From positions 3,197 to 67,196 of the forward strand of contig CAZPLB010000004.1 in the NCBI GenBank assembly GCA_964587425.1: 64,000 bases of DNA. Reading direction: 5' to 3'. Of this stretch, positions 38,839-48,612 are shown piece by piece. The stretch comes from an uncultured Gammaproteobacteria bacterium. GTDB taxonomy: Bacteria; Patescibacteriota; Microgenomatia; UBA8517. Each line of letters starts with the position of its first letter. Position 1 is the stretch's first letter. A program made the translations under genes and the position numbers. The notes under the pieces were generated by a model. The model saw only the letters and a program-made list of their open reading frames with translations, was not told the DNA's origin and made no database searches.

Positions 38839-38858
38839 GTAAACGGTTAACCGTTTAC
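38839..38858. promoter_or_regulatory. Perfect 20-bp palindrome between divergent cca and recJ
   Basis: GTAAACGGTTAACCGTTTAC; minus-strand TATAAT at 38867-38862. Confidence 0.55.
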
Positions 38859-38912
38859 AAAATTATACGACATACGCGAAGCTTGCGATACTGAGAAGCC
38901 GATACTTGAATT

Positions 38913-40565
38913 ATGAAAACAAAAAGGTGGGAAATAATCTCAAAGGAAACAAAAAAGCCCGTAATTGACGTGCTACTTCAAAATAGAGGATTAAAAAGTG
39001 AGAAGGAAAGAAATGATTTTTTTAATCCTAAAAAACCAGATGAGTTAACACTCAGTGAACTTGGCATTTCAAAAGTTGAAATTGGTAAGGTTTTGAAAAG
39101 ATTGGTTGAAGCAAAAAAGAAAAAAGAGAAAATAATTATTTATGGAGATTATGATGCAGATGGAATTTCTGCAACTGCGATTTTATGGGAATGTCTTTAT
39201 GGACTTGGGTTTGATGTTATGCCATATATCCCAGATAGATTTGAAGAAGGGTATGGAATTAATGCAGGTGCGATTGCAAAACTTAATGAGGGTGAAAATA
39301 AAATTGGTTTAGTAATAACAGTTGATAATGGGATTGTTGCAAGCTCTGAAATTAAAAAAATTACAAAATTTGGAATTGATGTTATTGTTACAGATCACCA
39401 TGAGCCGGGAAAAGTAAAACCAAAGGCTACTGCGATAGTTCACACACAAAAAATATGCGGCAGTGCAGTTGCTTGGATTTTTGCAAGAGAAATTCAAGCA
39501 AAGATTAAAAACAAAGATGGGAGAAAACCAAAAAATTCTTTGGAACTAGCTGGTATTGGAACAGTTGCCGACCAGATGCCGCTTCTTCATGCTAACCGAT
39601 CGTTTGCATTGTGGGGACTTAGTGAACTAAATAAAACAAAGAGGGCAGGACTTTTAGCATTAATCAAAGAGTCAGGACTTAAGCCAGGGGAAATTGAAAT
39701 GTATGGCATTAATTATGTTATTGCTCCAAGAATTAACTCCATGGGGAGGCTAACACACGGAATAGATTCACTTCGGCTTCTTTGCACAAATAAATTGGAT
39801 AGTGCAGAAAGTTTAGCCCACCTGGTTGCAAAAACTAATTTGGACAGACAAAGGATTGTTGATGAAGTTTTGTTGAGAGTTAAAAGTGAAGGGAAGAAGT
39901 TTTCGAAAGGAATAATATTTTTATCTCATGAAGATTATCACGAGGGGGTTATTGGGCTTGCTGCAGGACGCTTAGTTGAGGAATTTTATAGACCTGCAAT
40001 AGTTATATCAAAGGGAAAGAAGTTTAGTAAGGGGTCTGCACGAAGTATTAGCGGATTAAATATTATTGAAGTAATACGAGCACACGAAGATATGATTGTT
40101 GCAGGGGGAGGGCATCCAATGGCAGCAGGGTTTACTATTGAAACCGCCAAACTTCTTGAATTTGAAAAGGCACTAAATAAAACTGCAGAGGAATATTTGA
40201 CAGATGAAACCTTAACACGCAGGTTAAAGATTGATTTGGAAATTTCCTTTGATGTAATTGATTGGGATCTGGTAAAGAAGATCAAGAAGTTTGAACCGAC
40301 AGGGTTGGGAAATCCTGCCCCTAGTTTTGTAACTTTTGGAACTGAAGTGGTGGATTCAAGAATTTTAGGGAATGGGAAGAAACATTTGAAATTGAAATTG
40401 AAAGAGGGTGGAAAGTTTTTTGATGCGATTGGATTTGGGATGGGAGAAATTTATTCAAAAATGCAGAAAGGCGTAAAAGTAGATGTTGTCTACAATATTG
40501 AAGAGAATGTTTGGAATGGGACGAGGAGTATACAACTTAAATTAAGAGACTTGAGAATCTCTTAA
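38913..40565 (+). CDS. recJ: ssDNA exonuclease RecJ
   Basis: YGDYDADG, ITVDNG, TDHH, GTVAD, APRINSMGR, GSARS, GGH.MAAG. Confidence 0.97.
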   Translation: MKTKRWEIISKETKKPVIDVLLQNRGLKSEKERNDFFNPKKPDELTLSELGISKVEIGKVLKRLVEAKKKKEKIIIYGDYDADGISATAILWECLYGLGFDVMPYIPDRFEEGYGINAGAIAKLNEGENKIGLVITVDNGIVASSEIKKITKFGIDVIVTDHHEPGKVKPKATAIVHTQKICGSAVAWIFAREIQAKIKNKDGRKPKNSLELAGIGTVADQMPLLHANRSFALWGLSELNKTKRAGLLALIKESGLKPGEIEMYGINYVIAPRINSMGRLTHGIDSLRLLCTNKLDSAESLAHLVAKTNLDRQRIVDEVLLRVKSEGKKFSKGIIFLSHEDYHEGVIGLAAGRLVEEFYRPAIVISKGKKFSKGSARSISGLNIIEVIRAHEDMIVAGGGHPMAAGFTIETAKLLEFEKALNKTAEEYLTDETLTRRLKIDLEISFDVIDWDLVKKIKKFEPTGLGNPAPSFVTFGTEVVDSRILGNGKKHLKLKLKEGGKFFDAIGFGMGEIYSKMQKGVKVDVVYNIEENVWNGTRSIQLKLRDLRIS

Positions 40566-40742
40566 TACTGTTTTACGAACTTTATTGTCAGAACTTTTGA
40601 CTACTACCACTTCACCGTAATTATCGGAATACGCACGAATTTCTGTTGTATCACGTTTAATCCCAGACCGTTTTAGTCTTAACTCTTCTTCTATTATTTC
40701 GATTGCTTCTTTAGATACTCCTTTGTTTTCATTTTCTGCCAT
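40542..40742 (-). CDS. Small hypothetical protein
   Basis: 66 aa from MAENENK with SD AGGGGG; fills the recJ-aspS gap. Confidence 0.45.
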   Translation of the reverse strand: MAENENKGVSKEAIEIIEEELRLKRSGIKRDTTEIRAYSDNYGEVVVVKSSDNKVRKTVLRDSQVS

Positions 40743-40792
40743 AAAAAATCCCCCTTTAGGAGACCCGTGTATTATAATACAATACAGGTAAC

Positions 40793-42133
40793 ATGGCAAA
40801 ACATATGCTACGCACACTAGTTTTAGATTCAACTCGAAAAGTTGGCGAGGAAGTACTTTTAAAGGGGTGGGTTGAAAACGTGCGTGATCATGGGAAGATT
40901 ACCTTCATTGACTTGAAGGATAGAACAGGACTTATTCAATGTGTTGGACAGAATCTTCCAAAGGTTAGTCCACAGTCTGCAGTTGAGGTTAGTGGGACAA
41001 TCTCCAAAAGACCAGAGAAACTTATTAATAAAAAGCTTGAGACTGGGGAAATTGAACTGCAGGTTGAAGAATTGAAAGTTCTTTCAATGGCACAAGAACT
41101 GCCTTTTGATATGGGAAAGGAAGAACTAGATTTGGAACTTCCTACTCTTCTTGATTGGAGAACTCTAACTTTGAGGCATTCTGCAGTTACTCCAATTTTC
41201 AAAGTGCAGGCTAAACTTGCTGAAGGATTTAGGAATGCAGCTCAAAAGTTGGGCTGTACTGAGATATTTATTCCAACAATTGCAGCTTCTGCAACTGAGG
41301 GTGGAGCAGAAGTCTTTAAAGTTAAATATTATGAGCATGATGCATTTATGACACAAAGTCCTCAGTTATATAAACAAATGCTTGTTCCAACTCTTGAGAG
41401 AGTTTTCACCATAGCAAAGGCGTATAGAGCAGAACCATCGGTCACAACTCGACACCTTTCTGAGTCCACACAGATGGATTGCGAAATTGGGTTTATCGAG
41501 GGCTTCGAAGAACTTTTGGATGCACTGGAATTTGTTGGGGGCAATACTCTGAAGTATGCATATGAAGCGTGTAAGAATGAATTCAAAATGTTTGAGATTG
41601 GTAAATTAAAAATTCCAACTAAGATTCCTCGATTGAAAATGAGGGAGGCCCAGGAAATTATTTTTAAACGAACTGGTGTTGATCATCGAAATGAGAAAGA
41701 TTTGGAACCTGAGGATGAGAGAGAGATATGTAAATGGGCTCTTGAGGAACATGACTCCGATTTAGTAACCATTACCCATTACCCAACCAAGAAACGCGCT
41801 TTTTATACGATGCCGGATCCTGAGGAGCCAGAGTTTTCCCTCTCTTACGATTTACTATTTCGTGGACTTGAAATATTGAGTGGAAGTCAAAGAATTAACG
41901 ACCACGATGAGTTGGTCAGAGAAATAAATGAGCGAGGAATGAACACTAAGAATTTTGAGATGTATTTGCAAGCTTTCAAATTTGGAATGCCACCTGAGGG
42001 AGGATTTTCCTTTGGGCTTGAAAGACTGACTATGCAGTTACTTGGATTGCAAAATGTTCGAGAAGCATCTTTATTCCCACGCGACATGGAGCGGGTAGAT
42101 GTTAGGCTTTCAACTTTAACTCCCAAGAAATGA
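40793..42133 (+). CDS. aspS: Aspartate--tRNA ligase, short archaeal-like (probably non-discriminating) type
   Basis: OB domain GWV..RDHG; ATEGGA, QSPQLYKQ, YRAEPS.T.RHLSE, EILSGSQR, GMPP.GG...GLER; no GAD insert. Confidence 0.92.
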   Translation: MAKHMLRTLVLDSTRKVGEEVLLKGWVENVRDHGKITFIDLKDRTGLIQCVGQNLPKVSPQSAVEVSGTISKRPEKLINKKLETGEIELQVEELKVLSMAQELPFDMGKEELDLELPTLLDWRTLTLRHSAVTPIFKVQAKLAEGFRNAAQKLGCTEIFIPTIAASATEGGAEVFKVKYYEHDAFMTQSPQLYKQMLVPTLERVFTIAKAYRAEPSVTTRHLSESTQMDCEIGFIEGFEELLDALEFVGGNTLKYAYEACKNEFKMFEIGKLKIPTKIPRLKMREAQEIIFKRTGVDHRNEKDLEPEDEREICKWALEEHDSDLVTITHYPTKKRAFYTMPDPEEPEFSLSYDLLFRGLEILSGSQRINDHDELVREINERGMNTKNFEMYLQAFKFGMPPEGGFSFGLERLTMQLLGLQNVREASLFPRDMERVDVRLSTLTPKK

Positions 42134-43041
42134 AATTATTATATCTTTCCATCCTTAGCTTTGTTTTTGTTGCATCTTGTGCTTTGGTTTTGATTCCTGG
42201 GAAGACAATCTTTACTAGTCCTAAAAGATATAATCTTCAGATTAACGAGATGCCAGTTTTAAACAAAGAATCTTCGTTCCCAATTTTTTCAGGGCAAGGT
42301 GTGATTGCAGTTGATATTGATTCTGGGACTAGTTTATATGAGAAGGATGCTGACAATAAACTGTATCCGGCCTCCACTACTAAAATCTTAACTGCGCTTG
42401 TTGCGATTGATTTTTACAAACCTGGAGATATTTTGGTAGTTGGAGAAACCAAGACTCACTCCGATGAACAGCGTATGGGACTAATGAAGGGTGAAGAAAT
42501 CTCTTTTGATAACCTAATGAATGGACTTCTCATATATAGCGCCAATGATGCGGCATGGGTTTTAGCTGATAATTATCCAGGAGGAAGTGATGCATTTATT
42601 GTTGCCATGAATGAGAAAGCAAGAAGTCTTCACTTGAATAATTCTACTTTCACAAACCCGGTTGGACTGGATGACGTCAACCAAGTTGCAACTGCTCGAG
42701 ATATGGTACGTCTGGCTGAGGTTGCAATGAGAGACAGATATTTTTCATCTATTGTTGGTACAAAGGAAAAAATAGTAACAAGTGCTGATGGAAAGATAAT
42801 TCATAACTTGAAGAGTACAAATCAACTTCTTGGAAAAGTTGAAGGAGTTTCTGGAATTAAAACTGGATGGACTGATGCGGCGAGGGAAAACTTGATTACA
42901 TCGGTCACTCGCAACGGCCACAGAGTTATTATTGCAGTTCTTGGAAGTCAGGATAGGTTTGGAGAGACAAAGGAATTAATTGATTGGGTATATGGAAACT
43001 ATAAATGGCAATCGGTTATTGCTCTTGATAGTCACCAGTAA
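42130..43041 (+). CDS. dacA: D-alanyl-D-alanine carboxypeptidase (S11)
   Basis: PASTTK (SxxK), SAND (SxN), KTG. Confidence 0.9.
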   Translation: MKLLYLSILSFVFVASCALVLIPGKTIFTSPKRYNLQINEMPVLNKESSFPIFSGQGVIAVDIDSGTSLYEKDADNKLYPASTTKILTALVAIDFYKPGDILVVGETKTHSDEQRMGLMKGEEISFDNLMNGLLIYSANDAAWVLADNYPGGSDAFIVAMNEKARSLHLNNSTFTNPVGLDDVNQVATARDMVRLAEVAMRDRYFSSIVGTKEKIVTSADGKIIHNLKSTNQLLGKVEGVSGIKTGWTDAARENLITSVTRNGHRVIIAVLGSQDRFGETKELIDWVYGNYKWQSVIALDSHQ

Positions 43042-44062
43042 TTGCTGGAATATACGCAAAGAAGTTCTTGTCTCCTTCAAAAACAATAATGGGAGCGTAA
43101 AAGTCTGACTGAACGTTGGGGTCGAAGTAAGCAAGGTAGATTTTCCTTATAGTTATCTGTCCTCCTTGATTGTCTCCAAGATTTGCAACATATGCTTTGC
43201 CTGCCTTTAGTTCTTCTACTGCAACTGCCGTAGTTTTCAGTGGGTAGGTTGAACTTTGATCAACACTAACTGGAAAATAGTGGAATTCTCCACCTATTAT
43301 CCTTTTGTCTCTGGAGGTATCACCGCTTACCAAAAACCAAACATTTGCTTCTGTTGGATTTGCTGTAAGACTTGGTATTTTATCAAAATCTTTTCTAAAT
43401 AAATTTACCTTTACAAAATTTGCTTCAGAAAGAGAAATTGCATTTACAAGACTTTTACCTTGGACTTTGAGGAAGCTGTGGGTAACTGGACCAGTTAAAT
43501 CTTCAGGTAGTGTTTGGCCTGAAGTGAGGAAGCTTTTTACTGACGTTGCTGCGACATCTGGGGTTGGGGGAAGTTTTGTTAAGGGACTTGGGTCTTGTCC
43601 GAGGTCGTAGCTGACTGAAAATGTTTGGTTTGCAATATTAATAGTAAGGGTAGCTGGGGCTTGGGGACTTTTGAATTGATATATTGTTTGGTTTGTTTGG
43701 TTAACTTGAGTTGAATAGCCCAGGCTTGCTGCTTTTGTTTTTGTTTGAGTTAGGGAAAGAAGGCTAGCGTTAAGTTTAGGCATAATATATACCTTTGCTT
43801 GAGTATCAAGCTTGGGGAGTTCGCCTGATGGCGTTTGAACAACATAGGTTAGATTTTGCGGATTATCTGTTTTTGGAAAGGGAAGCTTTGGGAGCTTACT
43901 GAATGCAACAGTTGGAGGCGGGGCTTTCTTGGGGAAAACTTTATTAAATACACCAATACCAATTCCAAGAACCATTCTTCCAATAACGAGAAAGATGATT
44001 CCATATATGGTGTAGCGGATTGTTTTTCTTGCGGTCACTGAAACTTGAGTGAGGGTTGCCAT
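43016..44062 (-). CDS. Hypothetical membrane-anchored protein
   Basis: ATG 44062 (MATLTQ), single TM; TATACT 6 nt upstream. Confidence 0.7.
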   Translation of the reverse strand: MATLTQVSVTARKTIRYTIYGIIFLVIGRMVLGIGIGVFNKVFPKKAPPPTVAFSKLPKLPFPKTDNPQNLTYVVQTPSGELPKLDTQAKVYIMPKLNASLLSLTQTKTKAASLGYSTQVNQTNQTIYQFKSPQAPATLTINIANQTFSVSYDLGQDPSPLTKLPPTPDVAATSVKSFLTSGQTLPEDLTGPVTHSFLKVQGKSLVNAISLSEANFVKVNLFRKDFDKIPSLTANPTEANVWFLVSGDTSRDKRIIGGEFHYFPVSVDQSSTYPLKTTAVAVEELKAGKAYVANLGDNQGGQITIRKIYLAYFDPNVQSDFYAPIIVFEGDKNFFAYIPAITGDYQEQ

Positions 44063-44100
44063 ACTTTGAGTATAACGACTCGGGGTGTTAGAATTCAATC

Positions 44101-45408
44101 ATGGTACGAACCAGATTTGCTCCGAGTCCAACTGGAAATCTTCACATAGGAGGTTTGAGGACTGCCGTCTATGCATATGCCTTGGCGAAACATGAAAAGG
44201 GAGATTTCGTCTTAAGAATTGAAGATACAGACAAAAAGAGAGAAGTTGAGGGAGGAGTTGACTCCATTAAATCAATTTTGGAAAAGTTTAATCTCAAGTG
44301 GGATGAATTTTATATTCAATCTGAGAGACTGGCATTATATAAAAAGGCAGCTGAGAAATTAGTTTCAGATGGATTTGCTTTTTACTGCCAGTGCGAGGCG
44401 AGAAACGCCAAAAAGGAAGGTTTTTCAGGAGAGCTTCGTGATCCATGCAGGGACAAGGGCTACACGACTGGTGCAGTTAAACTTAGAGTTCCAGACAATG
44501 AAAAGATTTTCTTTCAGGATTTTGTTTTGGGGAAGAAAGTATCGTGGACAACTTCAGTAGTAGGCGACGCAACACTGCTTAAGTCTGATGGATTTCCAAC
44601 ATATCATTTGGCATCAGTTGTTGATGATCATGATATGAAGATATCTCATGTATTGCGCGGCCATGATTGGATGCCCTCTACTCCTATTCATCTACTTGTC
44701 TATAAATATTTAGGGTATGAAGTTCCAGAGATTGGACATTTAACTGATATTTTAGACCCTGAGGGAGGGAAACTGTCGAAAAGAAAAGGGAGTACTTCAG
44801 TTAATGGTTTACTTGGTGAAGGGTATTTGCCTGAAGCCATATTTAACTTTGTAATTTTACTAGGGTGGGCACCTAAGGATAATGAGGAATTTTTTACGCT
44901 TAATGAGTTTGTGAAAGCATTTGATGTTAAAGGACTTCAAAGGGCAAATCCAATTTTGAATAGAGAGAAACTGGATTGGTTTAATGGAGAATATATAAGA
45001 CGCAAAACTGATGAGGAATTAATCGAACTCTTGAAACCATTCCATTCGGGTGGGGACAAGGAGAAAATGAAAAAAATTATTCCTTTGGTTAAAGAAAGAA
45101 TAAAAAAGCTGTCTGAGTTTAGTAGTTTTGCAGGATTTTTCTTTGAGAGACCAAAACCTGGGGAAGTGAAAAAAATACTTGGAGAGGGAGGGAGTCACAA
45201 GGAACATCTGAGAGCTGCAATTGAAGCAATTCATGAAGGTGGGGACTTGATGGAAACTGTTAAAAAGAATAATTTTAAGACAGGGGAGTTTTTCATGTCG
45301 CTTAGAATTGCAGTGACTGGGAGTAGATTTACTCCACCAATTAATGAATCTATGCAAGTTCTTGGAAAAGAGGAAAGTATTGTGAGAATTAAAGAAGCTT
45401 TAAAATAG
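44101..45408 (+). CDS. gltX: Glutamate--tRNA ligase
   Basis: RFAPSPTG, HIGG, LRIEDTD, PTYH, KLSKR. Confidence 0.97.
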   Translation: MVRTRFAPSPTGNLHIGGLRTAVYAYALAKHEKGDFVLRIEDTDKKREVEGGVDSIKSILEKFNLKWDEFYIQSERLALYKKAAEKLVSDGFAFYCQCEARNAKKEGFSGELRDPCRDKGYTTGAVKLRVPDNEKIFFQDFVLGKKVSWTTSVVGDATLLKSDGFPTYHLASVVDDHDMKISHVLRGHDWMPSTPIHLLVYKYLGYEVPEIGHLTDILDPEGGKLSKRKGSTSVNGLLGEGYLPEAIFNFVILLGWAPKDNEEFFTLNEFVKAFDVKGLQRANPILNREKLDWFNGEYIRRKTDEELIELLKPFHSGGDKEKMKKIIPLVKERIKKLSEFSSFAGFFFERPKPGEVKKILGEGGSHKEHLRAAIEAIHEGGDLMETVKKNNFKTGEFFMSLRIAVTGSRFTPPINESMQVLGKEESIVRIKEALK

Positions 45409-46374
45409 ATGAAAAGACAACCTGCCAAAACATATCTTGAGATTGCTCCAGATTATTTAAGAAACAAGCTCAAACTGAAACACTTCCAAGAAAGTTTGAA
45501 ATTAAGTAAAGCACACCCTAATGCACTTGCGTATTTAAAAAGCAAAGGAGTTGATTTAGGAAACATTCGCGAGCACTCTGCAAAAGTTATTGGTATGGGG
45601 GCATTGACTGGGGCATTTTTACTTAGCTCTCCAAAGTATGCAACACTTCCTACAACTCAGGATACAATTGCTGATTTGAGTAGTGCCAAAGAGGAAAGAA
45701 AGGTAACACTTGAGACAAAACAAGAAAGTTTACTTTCGAGATTGAAAGAAGTTCTTCCAACTAAAACAAGGCCTCTAACTACTGATGAAGAAAAAAAGGT
45801 TGAGGTAATTTTAAAGGAAACAACTGGAGTTTCTGCAAAGGGAACACTTGAAGGGGAACACCTTAACACAACATATGGCTTGATTGGCGCTGAGCAGCAT
45901 TTGAGGAGGTATCCAGGGGATACAATGGCAACACATCCAAAAGTTTCTGTGGGGGACGAAGGAATGGCACCAGGACTTGGAGGTTTTGGATATTTTGCAA
46001 AAAGTAAGGCAGCATTAACACCAGAGGCTATTGAGCAGGAGAAATGGTATGTTGTAGCCCAATTAATGTATTTAAAAGATTGGAAGCAAAGGGTGAAGTA
46101 TCTTGTTCCTTGGTACAAACACAGAAAAATATTAGTAGTTAATACACAGAATGGAAATGCGGTTGTTGGAGATATTGGGGATGCTGGACCAGCCGCTTTT
46201 ACAGGAAAAAGTTTTGGGGGAAGTCCTGAGGTTATGAATGCACTAGGTGGAGCTCGATACAAAAAGGGGGCTGTAATTTTCTTCTTTGTTGATGATCCTG
46301 AGAACAAAGTTCCTCTTGGGCCAGTTGATTATAATACAATGGATTTATCTCAGGTAACACTGCACCAACTATGA
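45409..46374 (+). CDS. Hypothetical protein
   Basis: 321-aa ORF abutting gltX; internal hydrophobic segment; C-terminal VVGDIGDAGP. Confidence 0.7.
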   Translation: MKRQPAKTYLEIAPDYLRNKLKLKHFQESLKLSKAHPNALAYLKSKGVDLGNIREHSAKVIGMGALTGAFLLSSPKYATLPTTQDTIADLSSAKEERKVTLETKQESLLSRLKEVLPTKTRPLTTDEEKKVEVILKETTGVSAKGTLEGEHLNTTYGLIGAEQHLRRYPGDTMATHPKVSVGDEGMAPGLGGFGYFAKSKAALTPEAIEQEKWYVVAQLMYLKDWKQRVKYLVPWYKHRKILVVNTQNGNAVVGDIGDAGPAAFTGKSFGGSPEVMNALGGARYKKGAVIFFFVDDPENKVPLGPVDYNTMDLSQVTLHQL

Positions 46375-46688
46375 GTAAAATTTTTTACGATCATTTAATT
46401 GTTTTTGAAGAACTTGAAGGAGTGGTTAAAAAAACTGCCAAAAGTTCTGAAGAAAAGGAAGAACTATGGAAATTGGTTGATGATATTGTTCACCAGAGGA
46501 TTTTTGCTTTGATTTTGGATAATTTAAGTAAGGAACATCATGAGGAGTTTCTGGATGAATTTCATGCGAGACCATATGACCGAGAACTTTTGAGTTATCT
46601 GAAGGGTAAAAGTGAGAGAGATATTGTCAAGCTCATACAAGATGAGCTTGACAAATTGGAAAAAGAAATACTAAGAGAACTTACTTAG
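46371..46688 (+). CDS. Hypothetical protein
   Basis: 105-aa acidic helical ORF; ATGA overlap with upstream gene. Confidence 0.65.
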   Translation: MSKIFYDHLIVFEELEGVVKKTAKSSEEKEELWKLVDDIVHQRIFALILDNLSKEHHEEFLDEFHARPYDRELLSYLKGKSERDIVKLIQDELDKLEKEILRELT

Positions 46689-46890
46689 CAAACATTCTCC
46701 AGACTGAATATAATCCACTTGCTCCAACTAATATGTAGGTTACCTGAACAAGCATAGGCCAAGACCCAAGAAGGGCTTCAACCAAATTTACATTTGCAAG
46801 TCCAACAAGTCCCCAATTAAGAGCACCTACTGTAATTAGAACCCAAGAAACCATATCCATAGAAGTCATTTTCATTGCTGCTTTTGCCAT
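46681..46890 (-). CDS. DUF378 family membrane protein
   Basis: GALNWGLVGL..NLV...YILVGASGL; SD AGGGGGTGA. Confidence 0.88.
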   Translation of the reverse strand: MAKAAMKMTSMDMVSWVLITVGALNWGLVGLANVNLVEALLGSWPMLVQVTYILVGASGLYSVWRMFAK

Positions 46891-46966
46891 TTATATCACC
46901 CCCTACCTGATTTAAGTATTTGCTGAAAGCGTTTGGAATGTCAAGCCTTTGAGGCTAAGGTATTTC

Positions 46967-47218
46967 TCAGGAACGTTTTTTATTTTTGTGAACTTTATTA
47001 AGAAGAAGATATACAAGAGGAAGGATACCAAGGGAATTAATAATGAGAAGGCAGATAAACCACACTTTCTGGCCTTTTCTGGCAGAGAGCCAGAGGGTGT
47101 AACCCTTTAAAAATAGATCTAGAACTGCAAGGGCAGCAATAATGGGGAAAAAGGGGAAGAGATTAAATTTTGACCAGTTCGCTGTTCCAATTGAACTAAT
47201 CATGTTATTTCCCCACAT
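46967..47218 (-). CDS. DUF5652-like small membrane protein
   Basis: LKGYTLW.SAR..QK.WFI.LLIINSLGILP..Y. Confidence 0.75.
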   Translation of the reverse strand: MWGNNMISSIGTANWSKFNLFPFFPIIAALAVLDLFLKGYTLWLSARKGQKVWFICLLIINSLGILPLVYLLLNKVHKNKKRS

Positions 47219-47288
47219 ATTTAAAGTATTCTATTTTATGTGGGTTTTGTCAATTTTAGGGTTGGTTTATGGTAAAATATGGCCACAT

Positions 47289-47362
47289 TGCCAGATCATC
47301 TAATGGTAGGATAGAGGACTCTGAATCCTCTCATCTAGGTTCGAATCCTAGTCTGGCAGCCA
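47289..47362 (+). tRNA. tRNA-Gln(CTG), CCA encoded
   Basis: TGCCAGA/TCTGGCA acceptor, GAGGA-CTCTGAA-TCCTC anticodon arm, CTAGG-TTCGAAT-CCTAG T arm, G73-CCA; TGgTAAAAT promoter. Confidence 0.96.
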
Positions 47363-47487
47363 ATCGATACACCCAGGTGACCGTAATGCCTGGAAAAGCC
47401 CATGAACACCTCCAAAATCGCTAGATTTTCCTTCAAACATTCGTACGGCACGCTCAACATTCGGAAAACATTCTCAACATTGAAGGA

Positions 47488-48612
47488 TTAAGCCTTTTTC
47501 TTATTGAGGCTTGCCACATAGAATGAAGCCAGAAATGTAGTTAATGGAACTGCGGCTACAAGCCCTATACTTCCTGCCAAAGTACGTATTATCTCTTCGA
47601 CTATTAGGCCATCATTAAGGATAAACCAGAACGGATATCGATTTACATTCAGGATTATCATCAAAAATATTGGTAAGGCTGATCCTGCGTATGCAAGAAC
47701 CAAGGTATTAACCAATGAGGCAATATGTTCTTTTCCAATTGAAAGGCCAGATGCAAATAATTGGCTAAATTTTAGCTTAGAATTAGCCTTAGCAAGCTCA
47801 AAGATAGACGCTGAAAGGCCTGTTGTGACGTCATCAAGCACACCAAGGGCACCAATTAAAATTCCTCCCAGAAGAAGTCCTTTAAAATCTATGTTTCCAG
47901 TTGCTCCAAACCTGAGAGAGGCTGCATCTTCGCTTCCTAAACCCGTAAGAAATGTTAGTTTTACAAACAGTGCAGAAAATAGACCAATACCTACAAGGGT
48001 TATAAATGTAGATACTACAGCAATGGTAATTTTTGCCGAGAAACCATGGGCAAGATAAATTGTTGTAACCATTATCACCAGACAGCCAACAATACTAACA
48101 AACAGAGGATCTTTTCCTGCAAGTATTTCAGGCACGATGTATTTCAAGATAACTCCAAGGCTTATTACCATTCCGACGATTGATCCCAATCCTTTCCATT
48201 GACTTAAAAGAATTACCAATAGAAAAAAGAAGATAATTATTGGTATAAGTGAACCCAATCTGTATTTATCCGAGATCTGATAGATAATTTTATTTTCAGG
48301 TCCAATCGTTTTTACAACCACAACTGTCTCCCCAACGTTTAATAACTGATTTTTTGTTAAATTTGAATCTTTTCCATATTCAATAGTTAGTTCTTTTTCT
48401 TTCAAATCACCGTCAAGAACTTTTAATTTAACCACCTGAAATGGATACGATACAGAATCTACTATTGTCTCTCCCTGATTGGTGATGGATACAACCTTTG
48501 CACGATAGAAACTATCCGAAGGTATGCTTAAGTCCTGAGCTTTAACTATGCTAGTCGAAAATAGAACAAATAAAATAAAGCTTAGAAATATAACAAGAAA
48601 TCTTTTTATCAT
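47488..48612 (-). CDS. YibE/F family membrane protein
   Basis: LLGGILIGALGVLDDV, IGKEHIASLVNTLVLAYAG, EIIRTL.GSIGL..AVP.T. Confidence 0.9.
   Translation of the reverse strand: MIKRFLVIFLSFILFVLFSTSIVKAQDLSIPSDSFYRAKVVSITNQGETIVDSVSYPFQVVKLKVLDGDLKEKELTIEYGKDSNLTKNQLLNVGETVVVVKTIGPENKIIYQISDKYRLGSLIPIIIFFFLLVILLSQWKGLGSIVGMVISLGVILKYIVPEILAGKDPLFVSIVGCLVIMVTTIYLAHGFSAKITIAVVSTFITLVGIGLFSALFVKLTFLTGLGSEDAASLRFGATGNIDFKGLLLGGILIGALGVLDDVTTGLSASIFELAKANSKLKFSQLFASGLSIGKEHIASLVNTLVLAYAGSALPIFLMIILNVNRYPFWFILNDGLIVEEIIRTLAGSIGLVAAVPLTTFLASFYVASLNKKKA

Noticed and set aside
40793-45408. Short archaeal-like AspRS and GluRS as a novelty
   Set aside because: Non-discriminating synthetases with tRNA-dependent amidation are well known and ordinary for such genomes.
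47340-47362. Expected duplicate of the tRNA-Gln 3' end as attR
   Set aside because: No second copy was found by eye downstream, so integration into the tRNA is not demonstrated.
47348-47473. Minus-strand open frame ending ...CIDWLPD* inside the tRNA-Gln 3' end, possibly a recombinase C-terminal remnant
   Set aside because: It is only about 41 codons with no diagnostic motif and could be chance.
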